From the NCBI GenBank assembly GCA_964016885.1, contig OZ024743.1, positions 65,968,001 through 66,032,000 of the forward strand: a stretch of 64,000 nucleotides of DNA, in the 5' to 3' direction. The notes under the pieces were generated by a model, which was not told the origin of the DNA, searched no databases, and was given only the letters and a program-made list of their open reading frames with translations. Source of the stretch: Eledone cirrhosa. Its lineage: Eukaryota. The position numbers and the translations under genes are program-made. How positions within the stretch are numbered: the first letter of the stretch is position 1; the number at the start of each line of letters is the position of its first letter. Of the stretch, positions 24,714-35,400 are shown one piece after another.

Positions 24714-25135
24714 TATAACTGAACAAAAAAGAGAAACGAACTCAGACATGTACATATATGTGTTCAAATCGTAAGGGACCTGATTCCCTAAGGTGAAAAG
24801 AATACCAACTATAGACAATAGGGTTTGCCTCTTCACAATTAATATTGCGAAACAGCATTATGAAAGTTGTCCGGGTGATTGGTAGTTACCACAATTCCGG
24901 TTTGTATTTACTTTCTTGGTTTATGCTTAAATTGAGTCTGGCAAACGCTATTGTCTATAGTTAGTATTCTTATGACCTTAGCGAATCAGGTCCCTGACGA
25001 TTTGAACACATATATGTATATGTCTGTGTTCGTGTTTCTTTTTTGTTCAGTCATAATATACGGCTCTGAAAAATCTCTTTCTTAGAGCTAATTTATTGTA
25101 AGAGACTATTTTGAGTTTCTAACTCAATATATACC
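24714..25135 (+). mobile_element. PLE-like fold-back element (~115-bp arms) with decayed hammerhead at 25066-25130
   Basis: Arms 24714-24829 and 24940-25056; ctgaaaaa-tctctt..aagaga-ctatt-ttgagtt(tct)aactcaa-TA. Confidence 0.6.
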
Positions 25136-25138
25136 TTT

Positions 25139-25214
<76 letters not shown>

Positions 25215-25221
<7 letters not shown>

Positions 25222-26152
25222 GTGAGGTTTTTTTTAACAAAATGAAAAATAACCGAGGTGTCCTACACGAGTGAAAATATAAAGAAAAAAAGATGAAATC
25301 GAAAATGCAACTGGAGTCTTATTTAAAAAAATATATATATTTATTTGGTTCCTTTACCGGTTTCGCAGTTCTTCTGCTTTTCAAAAGTAGAGTTGAGATG
25401 GAGGGTCTATGGTTTTTCTCACATCTGGTTGGTCTCTGAATGTTACTTGTTTTATATGGAAAAAAGTGGCTAGAAATGCCAGGTTTTTAGAGAAGTAATT
25501 TGATTGGTTGGTCAATAATTATAATAAATTTCGCGCCAGTTCGCGTTACAAAGTTCTTCAGACAAGGTTGTTTTTTCATATATGAGTGTTTGAATTTCTT
25601 TTTTCTTAAAAAAAGGGGGGGGGGGAGGTTTCTCACGAAGGCTGTTTTTAATAAACGTAATTTGATTGGTTATAAATGAAATTATGGCTGTCACGTGGAC
25701 AAGTTTTCATTAAATTTTCGCGCCCTTATTTGGAAATCTATTCTGTAGCCTTTTTAGAGAATTTTATGACAAGCAAAAGATAATGGTCAAGAGAAATTGG
25801 ATGGGAGAATTGTTCTGGTTCAGTGAATATGGTTAGTTCACTGGGGTGTCAGAATTCAGATTTTCTATTGAATAAAGAAAGTAAAGATATGTATGTTTAT
25901 TTGTGTGCTTGTGTGTGTGTGTGTGTGTGTGTGTTTGAATTTCTTTTTACTTAAAAAAGGTGGCTCACGAAGGCTTTTTGTTAATAAACGTAATTTGATT
26001 GGTTATAAATTAAATTATGGCTGGGACAATTTAATGAAAACTTGTTTACGTGACAGCCATAATTTCATTTATAACCAATCAAATTACGTTTATTAAAAAA
26101 AAGCCTTCGTGAGCCTCTTTTTTTAAGTAAAAAGAAATTCAAACACACACAC
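25215..26152. repeat. Family U copy plus a derived inverted repeat (25920-26152)
   Basis: tttgaatttctttttacttaaaaaagg..ggctg / cagcc..ttttaagtaaaaagaaattcaaa. Confidence 0.75.
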
Positions 26153-26447
26153 TTTGGATTTGTACGTGTGTTATATAGTTATAGAGGTACTTATTTATGC
26201 TTTAATTTATATTTTTAATTATCGTGTCTATTCTCTGCCTTTCATAGGTTATAGATTCCATACACTGGTGGTTTTTCCCTGTTTAATTGATAGCGCACTG
26301 TATCTCTCTCTAGTGTGTTACCTTTTCAACATATTGTATATATGCGTATAAGTATGTATGTATGTATGTATGTATGTATGTATGTATGTATGTATGTATG
26401 TATGTATGTATGTATGTATGTATGTATGTATGTATGTATGTATGTAT

Positions 26448-27017
26448 TCCAGTACAACCTGTCCCATGGTCGGGTCGTTGGCGACTAAACTGGCAACGCC
26501 ACCAAGGTTTCTTGGTGAGGAGGGTGACTTTGGACATCCTGCAGGACTAAAAACAAAACCTGTCAAAGGGCAAAGGAGCTCTTAAGAGTCAATGGCCATC
26601 CAAAATCACCGGGAGAGATGACCCCTTAGCCTTTGTCAAGGCAGAATTCTAGGAGAAGGAAAACTCTGATATAACACCTGCAACTCTGATGGTATCCAAT
26701 GATGTTGACTTGTTCTTCTTTTTGGTAAATATCATATTGGTTAAGAGAGTGGGACTGGCTTTGTGCAGTGCCTTTGCTCACTATAAAAGCTTCACGGCAC
26801 AGGCATTGCTTCATATCTGGAGATATCTCTGCACTTGTCACATGGTACCATGGGCCCAGCACTATGTGTCAATAATTGTCACAAGTGTAGTGTTTGTACC
26901 AGAGTTTTCAAGTCGCTGGCTGGACTAAAAAGTCACACTTGTTTAGCGCATCGGTAGGGGTTCTCCTACATGGATATAAGGTAGTGGCCGTACTCGAAAA
27001 CGAGTTGGCAGCCACCA
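26448..27017 (+). mobile_element. RTE-derived non-autonomous element, subfamily A
   Basis: Near-identical to 11393-11967; flanked by (ATGT)n. Confidence 0.85.
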
Positions 27018-27624
27018 TGTATGTATGTATGTAACCTATATATGTATGCATGTGTGTGAAACTAGTACGTAGTAATGCATCGACAAATGTATTAGAATTG
27101 TTGTTGTTGTTGAGGGCTAGGTCAGATCAGATCACATAGAATTATGGCACTAGATCTATGCTCAAACGATTAGAAGGGGAGTGCTAACAGTTGCAGCTAT
27201 ATCATGTTTCCATCTGACTGAAGATCAACTGCGTTTTCTGGCATGTAGTGTATGTAGTGTTTACGTTTACGGGATACATTTTGCAACTCTAGTCTTCGGC
27301 TCTTGTTTTTCATGCCACTGATTGCGATATAGTCTAGAAAATAATATATATGCTAATATGCCAGTGTTAATATCCCGTAATCGTTTAAACTCTCTTTCTC
27401 ATCCATTACCAAACTTGCACACACAGTATTTAATCTTATAGTATATATATTATGTAACTCTAGTTTTATTTTATTTTTAATGATGGACCCTCTACATAGC
27501 CACTCGACTTGCTAGAAATAGTAAACAAATCTCTCTAAATTTCACACTATTATCTTAAAATGTTCATAAATATTCTCAATATTAAATCTATACCAAAATA
27601 CTAAATATAGTAACTCCAGTACGG

Positions 27625-27885
27625 CTTTGATGTAAGGGTGTTGGACCTACGATCATAATATTGTCAGTTTATATTCCCCAGCTAGTTTGTGTGTTGTATT
27701 CTTGAGCAAAACACATCATTTCACGTTGCTCCAGTATTATCAGCTAAAAATGAATATTTAGGGTTTAACCCTGCGATAGACTGGCATCTTGTCCAGGGGG
27801 AGTCTTGTACTCTCAGTCACTTCATGCTACGGAACCAGGATAGGCACCAGCCTGATGAACCTTGTGGTTTGAGCCAGACTTTAGA
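27625..27885 (+). mobile_element. tRNA-derived SINE, family S2 (decayed)
   Basis: cttgagcaaaacac..tttcacgttgctcc and aaccctgcgatagactggcatc..ccaggggg. Confidence 0.65.
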
Positions 27886-28303
27886 CAGTTCTGGGGATGA
27901 TATAATCAATTTTGCCCTTTCCTCTAAATTTGCTGGATTTGTGCCTGAATTGGAAATAAAATATTTATGTCATTTGCCAAAAGAGAAGGCAGAATAATCA
28001 TCCCTAGAAAAAGGGTTGACCGATAAAAATACGATGATTAAAAGCCTGGGCAAAATGCTTTGCAATATTTTTTTCACGCTTTATTTATTATTCTGAGATC
28101 AAATCCCGTCACGATCAACTTTGCTTTTCATACTGGTTTTGTGCTAATGATAGAAATAATTATTGAAGGCATAACATGGCAGTGAATTGGCAGAATTATA
28201 GGTGCGTAGTACAAAATAGCTTGCACCATTTATTTGCATTCAATTTAGTTCTGAATTCAAATTCTACCCCAATCGTATTTAAACTGTATCATTCAAGTAC
28301 TTG

Positions 28304-28361
<58 letters not shown>

Positions 28362-28570
28362 GTATAGTCGATTATATATATATATAATTTGTTTTTGAAT
28401 TTATTTTGCAAGATTTCTTAACTGAAAACGTGTGTTGAAACAGATATTGTTATACTTTGGGAGGGTCATGCTGCCAATAAAAACACACGCACCCGTTGGT
28501 TTTCACTCCAATTTATTATACGTTTCCGGTTTGTTAGTTAGTTCGATAACCAGAAGGTTATTTATATATT

Positions 28571-28613
28571 GTCAAAGCTCTTTCGTCACACATTTTGTGA
28601 CCTCCTCAGTGAT
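28571..28613 (-). ncRNA. Minimal type I hammerhead (left arm of fold-back 28451-28860)
   Basis: atca-CTGAGGA-g-gtcaca(aaatg)tgtgac-GAAA-gagc-TT-tgac. Confidence 0.7.
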
Positions 28614-28703
28614 TAGGTTTTTATTTTCTGTCTCCCCACTGTTCTGTCCTATACCATCTTGTTTTTATGTGCTGTGTGACACAGCACACAACATAAAAAG
28701 CTA

Positions 28704-28746
28704 GTCACTGAGGAGGTCACAGAATGTGTGACGAAAGAGCTTTGAC
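28704..28746 (+). ncRNA. Minimal type I hammerhead (right arm of fold-back 28451-28860)
   Basis: gtca-CTGAGGA-g-gtcaca(gaatg)tgtgac-GAAA-gagc-TT-tgac. Confidence 0.75.
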
Positions 28747-29058
28747 AATATACAAACAACTTTCCGATTATTGAACCAACCGGAAACTTATGATAAATTG
28801 AAATAAAAACGAACAGGTACGTGTGCTTTTATTAACAGCATCACCCTCCCAAAGGATATATGTCGACTATACCGCACCTGTAAAAAAATGTGAGGCACTG
28901 TAACTCAGGTAAATGTCATTATTTACGTAGGAAGTTATTTTAAACTGGAAAAGTTAAACAATTTTTTTAATGGATTCATTAATGCATACAAATAATCGTG
29001 ACAGAAATATGTGATAGCATTTGAAAAAATACGAGACATTTAGATACTCGGTGTGTGA

Positions 29059-29103
<45 letters not shown>

Positions 29104-29363
29104 CACACACACATATATATATATATATACATATACATTTATATATATATATATATATATAGACATACATAAAATACACGCATACCTAATGTAAATATAT
29201 TTACTTAATTATACTCAACCAGACAAACACGCATATCTATCTATCTCTCCCACTCTCTCTCTCTATATATATATCTACATATATATACATATATATGCAT
29301 ATATTATATGTATGTGTCTATATATGTAAGTGTGAAAATGTTTGCGCGTATATATATGCATAC

Positions 29364-29437
<74 letters not shown>

Positions 29438-29739
29438 ATGTGTGCATGTACGTGTGTGCATGTGTATGCGTGTGTGTGTGTGTTTGTATATATAGTCCTA
29501 GGGAAAATAAGTCTTTTGTGTGGGAGAAGAATTATAATGATTTACAAATGGCTAAGAGAAGGCACAAATAAGTCAGTTTGACTCTAAAATAAATAATTGC
29601 AGACTTAATCATTGCCTAGTTGAAATATGTTGCTAGAAACATTTGAAATGGCAATTTATAAATAGATTTTCAAACGTATTTGTTATTTATTAAAGAGCAA
29701 ATGATAAACGTTGGTAGAGTGGAGCAAATAGGTAAAGAC

Positions 29740-30445
29740 TTCACTGTAGATCTGGAGCAGACTGTTTCGTACAGTAGAGAATGAGTGAAATATAAGGATT
29801 GTGGTGTAAGAGGTAACGTTTTCGGACCGTAGAGAATGAGGTAAATATAAAGACTGCAGTGTAAAAGGTAACGTTTTGGGACCGTAAAAAATGAGGTAAA
29901 TATTAGGAGTGTAGTGTATGAAGTAAACCTTTCGGACCGTAGAGAATGAGGTAAATATTAGGGCTGCGTGTAGGAGGTAACGTTTTCGTAAAGCAGAGAA
30001 TAAGGTAAATATTAGAACTGCAGTGTCAGAGGTAATTTATTGTACAGAAGAGAATGAGGTAAATATTACGAAAGCAGTGTAAGAGGTAACTCATCATAAA
30101 GTAGGAAATAGGATTGCACTGTAAAGGGTAACGTTTTCGGACCGTAGAGTGAGGTAAATGTTAAGAGAGCAGTGTAGGAGGTAACATTTACGGACCGTAC
30201 AGAGTGAGGTAAATATTGGGACAGCGGTGTACGAGGTAAATTATTGTGCAGTAGAGAATGAGGTAATTATTAGGACTGTGGTGTAGAAGGTAAACATTTC
30301 TGACCGTAGAGAATGAGGTAAATATTAAGCCTGCAGGGTAGGGGTAACTTATTGTAGAGTATAGAATGAGGTAAGCATTTAGACTACAGTGTAGAATGTA
30401 ATATTTTGGGACCGTAAAGACAGGGGTAAATATTAGGACTGTGTA
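29740..30445. repeat. ~55-bp diverged tandem minisatellite, ~12-13 copies
   Basis: Unit approx. accgtagagaatgaggtaaatattaggactgcagtgtaagaggtaacgttttcgg; period 55 (29829, 29884, 29939). Confidence 0.9.
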
Positions 30446-30849
30446 TGTGGACGCCACCTGCTAGAAATAGCAGTCAATTATGCTACAAATCATCCCCTTG
30501 TATCTTAAATATGGAAGTGTACAATAGAAAATTCAGTTAGGGTTATACAAAACGTCTGGACCGTCATTGTTCATAGGTCTGAACTATTAGAGCAGATTTA
30601 GGACTGGATAACAAGAACAAGGATAATCGAAACCTTAGCACCAACAGAAGCAGTACAATCACCACCAACAATAACAACAACACTATTTTTTGATGAGCAA
30701 GTGAAGTGATTTTTTACAACAAAATTTTGTCCTGATTGAAATGTATACATGTTGCGAGAGAGCACAGTTTTGACAGTTGGTTGTGGGTTTGTGGTAGGTA
30801 ATTTGGCACAAAACTCTCTATGACAAATCATGTGACTGTGAAAACGGCT

Positions 30850-31452
30850 ACAAAGAAACCCCAAATACGAACTGGCACGAAATTTAATGTACTTATTCAC
30901 GTAACAGTCATAACCAATCAAATTACATTTATAAAAAAAACAATATTTTTGAGTCACTTTTTAAATTGAAAATGACAATAAAGAACCCTCAAACACGAAC
31001 TGGTGCGAAAGTTGATGTGCTTATTCACGTGACTGCATCAACCAACCAAATTTCACTCAAATATGAATAAAAATATCTGAACACGCCGTTTTTTTTAAAG
31101 GCAAATACAATTTGAACTTTGTAACGCGAACTGGCGCGAAATCTATTATACTTATTCACGTGACAATCATCAACCAACCAAATTACTTTTCTAAAAAAAC
31201 CTAGCATTTTGAGCCATTTTTTTCCACATAAAACTGAAGTAACATTCGAACACCAACCAGACGCGAGAAAAACCACAAAACCTCCATCTCAATTCTACTT
31301 TTGAAAAGCATATGAACTGTGAAACCGGTAAAGGAAACAAATAAATATTCTTAAAAAGACTCCAGTTGCATTTCGATTTCATCTTTTTTCCTTATACTTT
31401 CACTCGTGTAGGACATCTCGTATTTTTTTATGTAAAACAAAACTCATTTTCT
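30850..31452. repeat. Family U copy with internal tandem sub-repeats
   Basis: Three cgaactgg(c/t)(a/g)cgaaa..cttattcacgt..aaccaa units, then sequence shared with 20690-20890. Confidence 0.75.
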
Positions 31453-31493
31453 TATATATATATAAATTAAAAGATGGTTAAAGAAGTTCCATA

Positions 31494-31563
31494 TATTTTA
31501 TTATGCGCATTTCGAAAACAACATCATCCTGGGACAAAAATTGTGTTCTCATCAGATAAAATA
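31494..31563 (-). ncRNA. Type I hammerhead (left arm of perfect palindrome 31464-31699)
   Basis: Exact reverse complement of 31600-31669. Confidence 0.8.
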
Positions 31564-31599
31564 AGGTAACATGATATGAGGCCTCATATCATGTTACCT

Positions 31600-31669
31600 T
31601 ATTTTATCTGATGAGAACACAATTTTTGTCCCAGGATGATGTTGTTTTCGAAATGCGCATAATAAAATA
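31600..31669 (+). ncRNA. Type I hammerhead (right arm of perfect palindrome)
   Basis: tattttat-CTGATGA-gaaca...tgttttc-GAAA-tgcgca-TA-ataaaata; 8-bp stem I, palindromic stem III. Confidence 0.85.
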
Positions 31670-31793
31670 TATGGAACTTCTTAAACCATCTTTTAATTTC
31701 TTCTTTAATATATACTCCAGTTCTACCAACTGTTGAGTGCTACTTATCTGATATATGCATAGTTTTATTGTTCTACAATATTACTCACCTTCT

Positions 31794-31874
<81 letters not shown>

Positions 31875-31882
<8 letters not shown>

Positions 31883-32105
31883 GTAGTTTAGAAAGCCACA
31901 ACAATGCAGATGGGAAATCTCGAGGTAGGAAGTGAGTGAGAAATAGGAGAAAAGTGAAAATTGAGAGAAACGAAAAAACGAAAACAAAACAAAGGTAGAA
32001 GGGTTACCGTAGTGGAGATTTAATCCCAATATTTCGGGCTCACGCCCATCAACGGGGGTAAATTTCCCATCTGCATTGTTGTGGCTTTCTAAACTACATA
32101 TTTTA
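31875..32105 (-). mobile_element. PLE-like fold-back element (~43-bp arms) with decayed hammerhead at 32004-32060
   Basis: Arms taaaatatgtagtttagaaagccacaacaatgcagatgggaaat and its reverse complement; minus strand ccg-ttgat-gggc(gtga)gccc-GAAA-..-TA-cgg. Confidence 0.65.
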
Positions 32106-32190
32106 CATATTTCACAATGCTTCAAGCAAACTTTAACACCCATATATATATATATATATATATCTACACAAACACACACATATTTGTATA

Positions 32191-32388
32191 CGAAGTTCGG
32201 CTAAAAAGGTTATAGACTGACCAAGATACTCTCATGGAATGACCAAATGAGGTTCATTTTTCAACATAGTCCATGGAAAGAGACAATGCAGTTATTAATA
32301 GGAAAAGTTGAAATTAACGCATACACGATTTCACAGCTCTAGCATCACTTCCTCACAGACAGTCAATGAACTTTTCCACAAACCCTCG
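32191..32388. mobile_element. Tc1/mariner-type MITE (diverged)
   Basis: TA on both sides; imperfect TIRs cgaagttcggctaaaaaggttatagactg / cagtcaatgaacttttccacaaaccctcg. Confidence 0.6.
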
Positions 32389-32484
32389 TATGTCAAAGCT
32401 GCTCAAACAGGATTAGTATCAGAGGCATTCAAGCCATGACCATCCCGTCTTTTTACTATATATGTAATGTATTATTTCAGTTTA

Positions 32485-35400
32485 GAATGGCGGCAGCGGC
32501 GGCGGTGATGGTGATGGTGTTGACGGTGGTGGTGGTGGAAATGGTGGCGTGGTGGTGGTAGTGTTGGCAATACAAGCTGTGGTGGTGGAAATAGCGGTGG
32601 TGGTGGTGGCATTGGTGCTACTAGTAGTGGTGGTGGAAATGGCGGTGATGGTGGTAGTGGTGTTGACGGTGGTGCTGGTGTAAATGGCGGTGGTGGTGGT
32701 GTTGGCGATACTGGTCGAAATGGCAGTGGTGGTAATGGTGGTAGTGGTGGTGGTGGTTGTGATGGTGTTGGTGGTAGTACAGGTAGTGGTGGTGTTACTG
32801 GTAGTGCTGGTGTCGTGGTAGTAATGGTGGTAGTGGTGTTGGTGGTTGTGATGGTGTTGGTGGTAGTACAGGTAGTGGTTGTGTTACTGGTAGTGCTGGT
32901 GATGGTGGTGGTAATGGTGGTGGTGGTGGTGGTTGTGGTGGTTTTGGTGGTAGTACAGGTAGTGGTTGTGTTACTGGTAGTGCTGGTGTCGTGGTGGTAA
33001 TGGTGGTGTGGTGGTGGTGGTGGTTGTGATGGCGTTGGTGGTAGTACAGGTAGTGGTGGTGTTACTGGTAGTGCTGGTGATGGTGGTGGTAATGGTGGTG
33101 GTGGTGGTTGTGGTGGTTTTGGTGGTAGTACAGGTAGTGGTGGTATTACTGGTAGTGCTGGTGTCGTGGTGGTAATGGTGGTAGTGGTGGTGATGGTTGT
33201 GATGGTGTTGGTGGTAGTACAGGTAGTGGTGGTGTTACTGGTAGTGCTGGTGATGGTGGTGGTTATGGTGGTGGTGGTGGTAGTTGTGATGGTGGTAGTA
33301 CAGGTAGTGGTGATGTTACTGGTAGTGCTGGTGATGGTGGTGGTTATGGTGGTGGTGGTGGTGGTGGTGGTGTTGGTGGTAGTACAGGTAGTGGTGGTGT
33401 TACTGGTAGTGCTGGTGATGGTGGTGGTTATGGTGGTAGTGGTGGTGGTGGTGTTGGTGGTAGTACATGTAGTGGTGGTGTTACTGGTAGTGCTGGTGAT
33501 GGTGGTGGTTATGGTGGTGGTAATGGCGGTGTGGTGGTGTTGGTGGTTGTGATGGTGTTGGTGGTAGTACAGGTAGTGGTTGTGTTACTGGTAGTGCTGG
33601 TGATCGTGGTGGTAATGGTGGTGGTGGTGGTGGTGGTGGTGGTGGTGGTGGTGGTGGTGTTGGTGGTAGTACAGGTAGTGGTGGTGTTACTGGTAGTGCT
33701 GGTGATGGTGGTGGTTATGGTGGTGGTGGTGGTGGTGGTGGTGGTGGTGTTGGTGGTAGTACAGGTAGTGGTGGTGTTACTGGTAGTGCTGGTGATAGTG
33801 GTGGTAATGGTGGTGGTGGTAGTGGTAGTACAGGTAGTGGTGGTGTTACTGGTAGTGCTGGTGGTCGTGGTGGTAATGGTGGTGGTGGTGGTGGTAGTAC
33901 AGGTAGTGGTGGTGTTACTGGTAGTGCTGGTGGTCGTGGTGGTAATGGTGGTGGTGGTGGTGGCTGTGATGGTGTTGGTGGTAGTAAAGGTAGTGGTGGT
34001 GTTACTGGTAGTGCTGGTGATAGTGGTGGTAATGGTGGTAATGGTGGTGGTGGTAGTGGTAGTACAGGTAGTGGTGGTGTTACTGGTAGTGCTGGTGATA
34101 GTGGTGGTAATGGTGGTGGTGGTGGTGGTAGTACAGGTAGTGGTGGTGTTACTGGTAGTGCTGGTGGTCTTGGTGGTAATGGTGGTGGTGGTGGTGGTAG
34201 TACAGGTAGTGGTGGTGTTACTGGTAGTGCTGGTGATAGTGGTGGTAATGGTGGTGGTGGTGGTGGTAGTACAGGTAGTGGTGGTGTTACTGGTAGTGCT
34301 GGTGATAGTGGTGGTAATGATGGTGGTGTTGGTGGTAGTACAGGTAGTGGTGGTGTTACTGGTAGTGCTGGTGATAGTGGTGGTAATGGTGGTGGTGGTG
34401 GTGGTAGTACAGGTAGTGGTGGTGTTACTGGTAGTGCTGGTGATAGTGGTGGTAATGGTGGTGGTGGTGGTGGTAGTACAGGTAGTGGTGGTGTTACTGG
34501 TAGTGCTGGTGATAGTGGTGGTAATGGTGGTGGTGGTGGTGGTAGTACAGGTAGTGGTGGTGTTACTGGTAGTGCTGGTGGTCTTGGTGGTAATGGTGGT
34601 GGTAATGGTGGTGGTGGTGGTGGCTGTGATAGTGTTGGTGGTAGTAAAGGTAGTGGTGGTGTTACTGGTAGTGCTGGTGGTCGTGGTGGTAATGGTGGTA
34701 ATGGTGGTGGTGGTAGTACAGGTAGTGGTGGTGTTACTGGTAGTGCTGGTGGTCTTGGTGGTAATGGTGGTGGTGGTGGTGGCTGTGATGGTGTTGGTGG
34801 TAGTAAATGTAGTGGTGGTGTTACTGGTAGTGCTGGTGGTCTTGGTTGTAATGGTGGTGGTGGTGGTGGCTGTGATGGTGTTGGTGGTAGTAAAGGTAGT
34901 GGTGGTGTTACTGGTAGTGCTGGTGATAGTGGTGGTAATGGTGGTAATGGTGGTGGTGGTAGTGGTAGTACAGGTAGTGGTGGTGTTACTGGTAGTGCTG
35001 GTGGTCTTGGTGGTAATGGTGGTGGTGGTGGTGGCTGTGATGGTGTTGGTGGTAGTACAGGTAGTGGTGGTGTTACTGGTAGTGCTGGTGGTCTTGGTGG
35101 TAATGGTGGTGGTGGTGGTGGCTGTGATGGTGTTGGTGGTAGTAAATGTAGTGGTGGTGTTACTGGTAGTGCTGGTGATAGTGGTGGTAATGGTGGTAAT
35201 GGTGGTGGTGGTAGTGGTAGTACAGGTAGTGGTGGTGTTACTGGTAGTGCTGGTGATAGTGGTGGTAATGGTGGTGGTAATGGTGGTGGTGGTGGTGGCT
35301 GTGATGGTGTTGGTGGTAGTAAAGGTAGTGGTGGTGTTACTGGTAGTGCTGGTGATAGTGGTGGTAATGGTGGTAATGGTAGTACAGGTAGTGGTGGTGT

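Noticed and set aside
26448-26495. HDV-like ribozyme at the 5' end of the RTE-derived elements (ccagt..gg-gtcg ttgg cgac-taa-actgg)
   Set aside because: P2, P4 and a CUAA junction can be drawn, but I could not fit a canonical P3/L3 or P1. A descriptor search on a full-length consensus is needed.
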